Below are positions 59,034 to 64,000 of a stretch of DNA of 64,000 bases, piece by piece; position 1 is the stretch's first letter, and each line of letters starts with the position of its first letter. The notes under the pieces were generated by a model that had not been told where the DNA came from, ran no database searches, and saw nothing but the letters and a program-made list of their open reading frames with translations. Origin of the DNA: the human T2T-CHM13v2.0 reference genome, Homo sapiens; NCBI RefSeq assembly GCF_009914755.1, contig NC_060937.1; one strand, given 5' to 3'. The position numbers and the translations under genes are program-made.

Positions 59034-61250
59034 ATAACTAACAATACCCACTGCATTAAAGCCCAAGTGAATTGCAGTGGTTTTAAATTCAAATGTCTTT
59101 AAGGACACAGCAGATGAATGAAATTAGGAAACTGAGGTGATTAAAAAACAGTAAGTAGTGGTGAGAATGGTGTTGAACTTGAGAGTTCACTCCGTTGAAA
59201 GAAATTCAAACTAAAATATTTTAAACAATGTGTCCCCACTCACACACAAAAAAATCTTGCAGGCTGATTCAGCCCATAGAACTGCAGTATGTGACTTCAT
59301 TTGAAGAATTAATAGAAAGGAAAGAAAATTGTGGGTTAGAATAACTAGATAAAACTTCGCAGAGGTACAACTACACATCCATTAGATTGATCAAAATCCA
59401 GCGTGCTGACAATAACACATGTTGGTGAGGATAAGGAACAATAGAAACTTCATTCATCGCCAGTAGGAATGCAAAATGGTACTGCCGTGTTGAAAGGCAT
59501 TTTGGCAGTTTCTTAAAAAATTAAATATAATTCAGGTAGTTGAAGAAATAATGTGATGATTCATGATGCTCAAAACGTGATTTCACAGACATATAAGCTT
59601 GCTTTTTCTCTAGTATATTCTGTGTAGGTAAAATATAAACTGTCATTCTAATAAATTCAATTTTGAAAAATTCCAACTAAAAAAGGAAAAAAATTAGTTT
59701 CTCCTAAAAGGGAAGAACTTTTCTTTTCAATGGAGATCAATGAAAACTGATTTTCAACAGTCTGACAATACATACCCATACACATGCACCCATGCGTATG
59801 TGGTATGTGTGTCTGTGTGCGTATTGCAGAGGAGTGAAAAAGATAGGAATATATTTTACCTCTTTCATAAATTCTGTTTTTGTTTTCTTATTTTGACTTT
59901 TCTCCTGGATGCTCCAGCTAGTATTGTTTTACTAAGCAAATTATTTTATAGAGAATTTCAGGCTGATGTTTGGAATAATCAAACATAATTGCTAGAGTAA
60001 TGGAGGAGAATAACACATTCAGAATGATATCTGACCACTAAGTCTGTATCCTCTTACCAGACTGTAAAGTGATCCAGTACTTTGGGAGCAGACGTATTTA
60101 TTGAAGCCATTTTCATATGAGACACCATCAATAACCTAGTTCTATTAAAATGCATCTACATACCATTTAAATATAAAAAAAAATTTTACTAAACGTAAAC
60201 TAAGTATATCCCCAACAAAACTCATCCTTAGTCAGATCTGCAAAATTTCCAATCCCATTCCATTGTCAATAAACATGAGGGAAATTCTAAGACAGGAAAA
60301 TTTCAACTAGAAAGAGATAACAATCTCAACTAATTGTTAGGAAAAAACTATTTTCAGTTTTATGAAGGCATGTAACTATATGTGTTCATTGCTACAACAC
60401 TACCTCAGAAAGAGGCCAGTGTACAAGAGGGTCGTGCAGATCAAAGGGTTCATTAGCTTCAGTTTAAAACTGCCCAGGGATGTGATATTAAGGTTAATTT
60501 ACATATTTTTAATGTTAATTATGTAATGAGCATATTTAATTTTAACTAACAAGCTAATTAGTTCCTATTCTTTTTAGAAAATAAAGAAAAGAAGGACCAA
60601 AAACATTAAGATATTCCTCTACGGCTACAAAATAAGCAAGTCATGAAACTGCTGTTTTAATCCAGATTAGACATATTCTAAAGCCCTTCCCACTGTACAA
60701 TGTTGACCTCTCTTCCAACAAAAAATGTTACAATAATACCTATTCTTATTAGGATATTCACTGGTAGTGTGAGTATTTAAGTGAAATACAGTGAGATAAA
60801 CATTGAGAAATTATAAATATGGACAATGGGAGTTCTGGACAAAAAGAAAGTCACTTTGGAGCTGCCTAGTCCCCATAGCAGAGAGTTAATGGATAAGATT
60901 GGAGTTGGGGAAGAGAAAAGTGAGAGAAGTAATGAGAAGAACCAGATAGCCAGGCACCGCCCTCCCTTCATCTTTATAAGGAAGTGATTTGTAATTACTG
61001 TATTCAGATCTAATAAGGGGAATGAGTTTGCTATGGATTTTCCTAAACTGAGAAATCATCAAGCTTGTGTTTAGGAGATATGAAAATACTTAGTATTACT
61101 TAATGCAAGCAGTACAAAATACTCCTCAGTATCATGCAATATTCAGACATATACTTAGTACTGAAGTAACTTCTGTCTTTCTCACTGTCTTTACATAATT
61201 AAGAGCCTGCTAAGATTATAAAGACATATAAAACAAACTGGGTTCAGAGT

Positions 61251-61738
<488 letters not shown>

Positions 61739-62317
61739 CTACTTTTTCAGAGATACATATATAGGCATAGACATAAATAAATATATTGATACAGAGAGAG
61801 GAGAGAGAGTTAGAGAGACATCCGTAGAAGTTGTAGAAAAACAGTGAAGGCATTAATTTGAAGTGAAAATTACCATGAAGAACCCCCTAGTTAAATCACT
61901 GAATGTTCTATCCACTCCACATTATAAGAATTTTTGAAGAAACTAAGCTTTTAAGGTTTTTTTTCTGTTTGTTTTCTGTATCATTAGTAAGCTAGAGAAA
62001 GAGCAATGACTATTACTTACTGGCTGGTGCTTTGTTTGTTATTTTTAAAAATTTTCATACAAAGGGACTTAAATACTATATTATAGCAGGAATATACTAA
62101 ACTCACATAGTAAACAACACTAATCCTGAAAAATAATTAAAGTTTACAACATATATATATGTATTTGTGTTTAGATGATACTGGCTATTACATAAGTATG
62201 ATATCTAGCCTTAAAACATGTTATGTTGAACAAAAATATTTATTTTATAATTCAAGTACTAATAAGCATTTATTTAGAAGTAAAATATCCTTTAATAGAA
62301 AAAAAGTTTAAAAATCA

Positions 62318-62694
<377 letters not shown>

Positions 62695-63089
62695 AAAGGC
62701 AGTCAGAGCTATGGAAGCTATTGAAAAGCTTCAACTGGGTCATATACATTTCTTGAAGGAAACAGGAGAGTTCTGGGATGAGCAAACAGTTTAGAAAGGG
62801 CAGTGTCCATATTTCCAGTCCCTGGCAAAGCAAAAGTAGAAGTGAAGCATTTGGTACCTCAGCACACATTCTATCTTTTATGACTGCAGCAGCAATAGAA
62901 AAAAAAAAAATGTGAAGGTAAACCATATTCAAAATTCACCAACAAATATCACCAGATGTTTTTAAAGTAGAAAACAAGACAAGCAATATGAGCCAATAGC
63001 AATATTGAATAATTCATTATCTAATTTATTGATTTACTTAGCTTCAGAAACCAAATGCAGAAATACAAGACAGGTGAGTTGTGAATTTC

Positions 63090-63330
63090 TGACAGTTTAA
63101 GTGAAAAAGACCAGGAGTTTCAGTTGACTACAAGTGGAAAATAAGTTAGTGCGATGACAGGGCTGTCAGAAAGGCAATTTTGATTTAGAATTAATACAAT
63201 TTCAGTGTCCATATTAAAGTGGAGAAGTAAAGAAGCAGTAGTAAGGTAGTTGTCAGCCCTACTGAGATAACATGAACTGTAGCAGAATCAGCTCTGAGCC
63301 CTTCAGGTTAAAAAGAAAGCCCGCAGAATC
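63090..63330 (+). mobile_element. L3/CR1 remnant
   Basis: 'gtgaaaaagaccaggagtttcagttgactacaag...gtgcgatgacagggctgtcagaaaggc' resembles the CR1 ORF2 3' region. Confidence 0.5.
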
Positions 63331-63474
63331 TAACCTAGTCAACTGGGTATTGTGCATTTCTTCTTAAAATCTAGCTAAAAAGCAAACAAATTTAAAAGCA
63401 TTTACTTTAAGGAATTGGAGAGATGGGGAGTACTGTCTTGAATTATTAGAAAAATTTACTAAAAATAAAAATGT

Positions 63475-63910
63475 CCTTATTTTATTCATTAATTCAACAG
63501 ATATCCATTTATATTGAATTTCTTCCACGGAATGAGCTGAGTATAGAAGATAGAAGGTTTACAGTGAGAAAGTAAGACATGGTCAATGTAGATTAAGAGA
63601 TGTTAGTCTTGAAAGATGAGGAGTCATTACACTAACCATAATTCAACCAACTTTAGTAAGTTTTATGACAGGAGAGCAAAGGGTATTACATAAGAGGATC
63701 ACCTAAACTCCTTGGGTCAATATTCAAGATAATCACATTTCTATGAAGAATTGAATAAATAAATTGAGACTGTATGAGAGTCAGAAAACTATGATGAAGA
63801 GAGAAATGCAGATGGATCTAAGAAAAGCAGAGTTGTACAAAGACTTGAAGTTGGTGAGAGAGATCGTCTTCTATGATCACCCCATTCACAGGAATGTCAT
63901 ATGGTGTAGG
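63475..63910 (-). mobile_element. L2 fragment
   Basis: 'tttattcattaattcaacagatat' L2 3' terminus on the minus strand and downstream L2-like purine-rich sequence. Confidence 0.5.
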
Positions 63911-64000
63911 TAATGGTAACATCTTCAGGCTTGAATTTTATCCCAGCTCTGACACTTGATAGTTCTTAATGTGGTAAAAATCAGTAAATCTCCATACCAC

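Overview
Primate (most likely human) AT-rich genomic DNA with no intact protein-coding gene that I can support; almost all ORFs in the track are chance or repeat-derived. The main feature is a full-length (~5.46 kb), intronless, frameshifted processed pseudogene of the palmitoyltransferase ZDHHC20 (6792-12250, + strand) bounded by a 15-bp target-site duplication. Its 3' UTR holds an inverted Alu pair. Both Alus carry about 30 A-to-G differences from Alu consensus in total, all on the mRNA-sense strand despite their opposite orientations. This pattern fits an ADAR A-to-I hyper-edited mRNA that was reverse-transcribed into the germline, a DNA 'fossil' of RNA editing. The rest is transposon-derived: L1s of several ages, Alus, solo LTRs (LTR28/MER52-like, THE1, MER11, MLT), ERV pol remnants, L2, MIR and MADE1. 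Other notable structures are an L1PA3/4-like insertion with both a twin-priming inversion and a 3' transduction, an older L1 whose scrambled 5' junction holds an inverted 134-bp copy of nearby DNA, several local duplications and a trimeric Alu. Subfamily names come from remembered consensus sequences and need RepeatMasker/Dfam confirmation.
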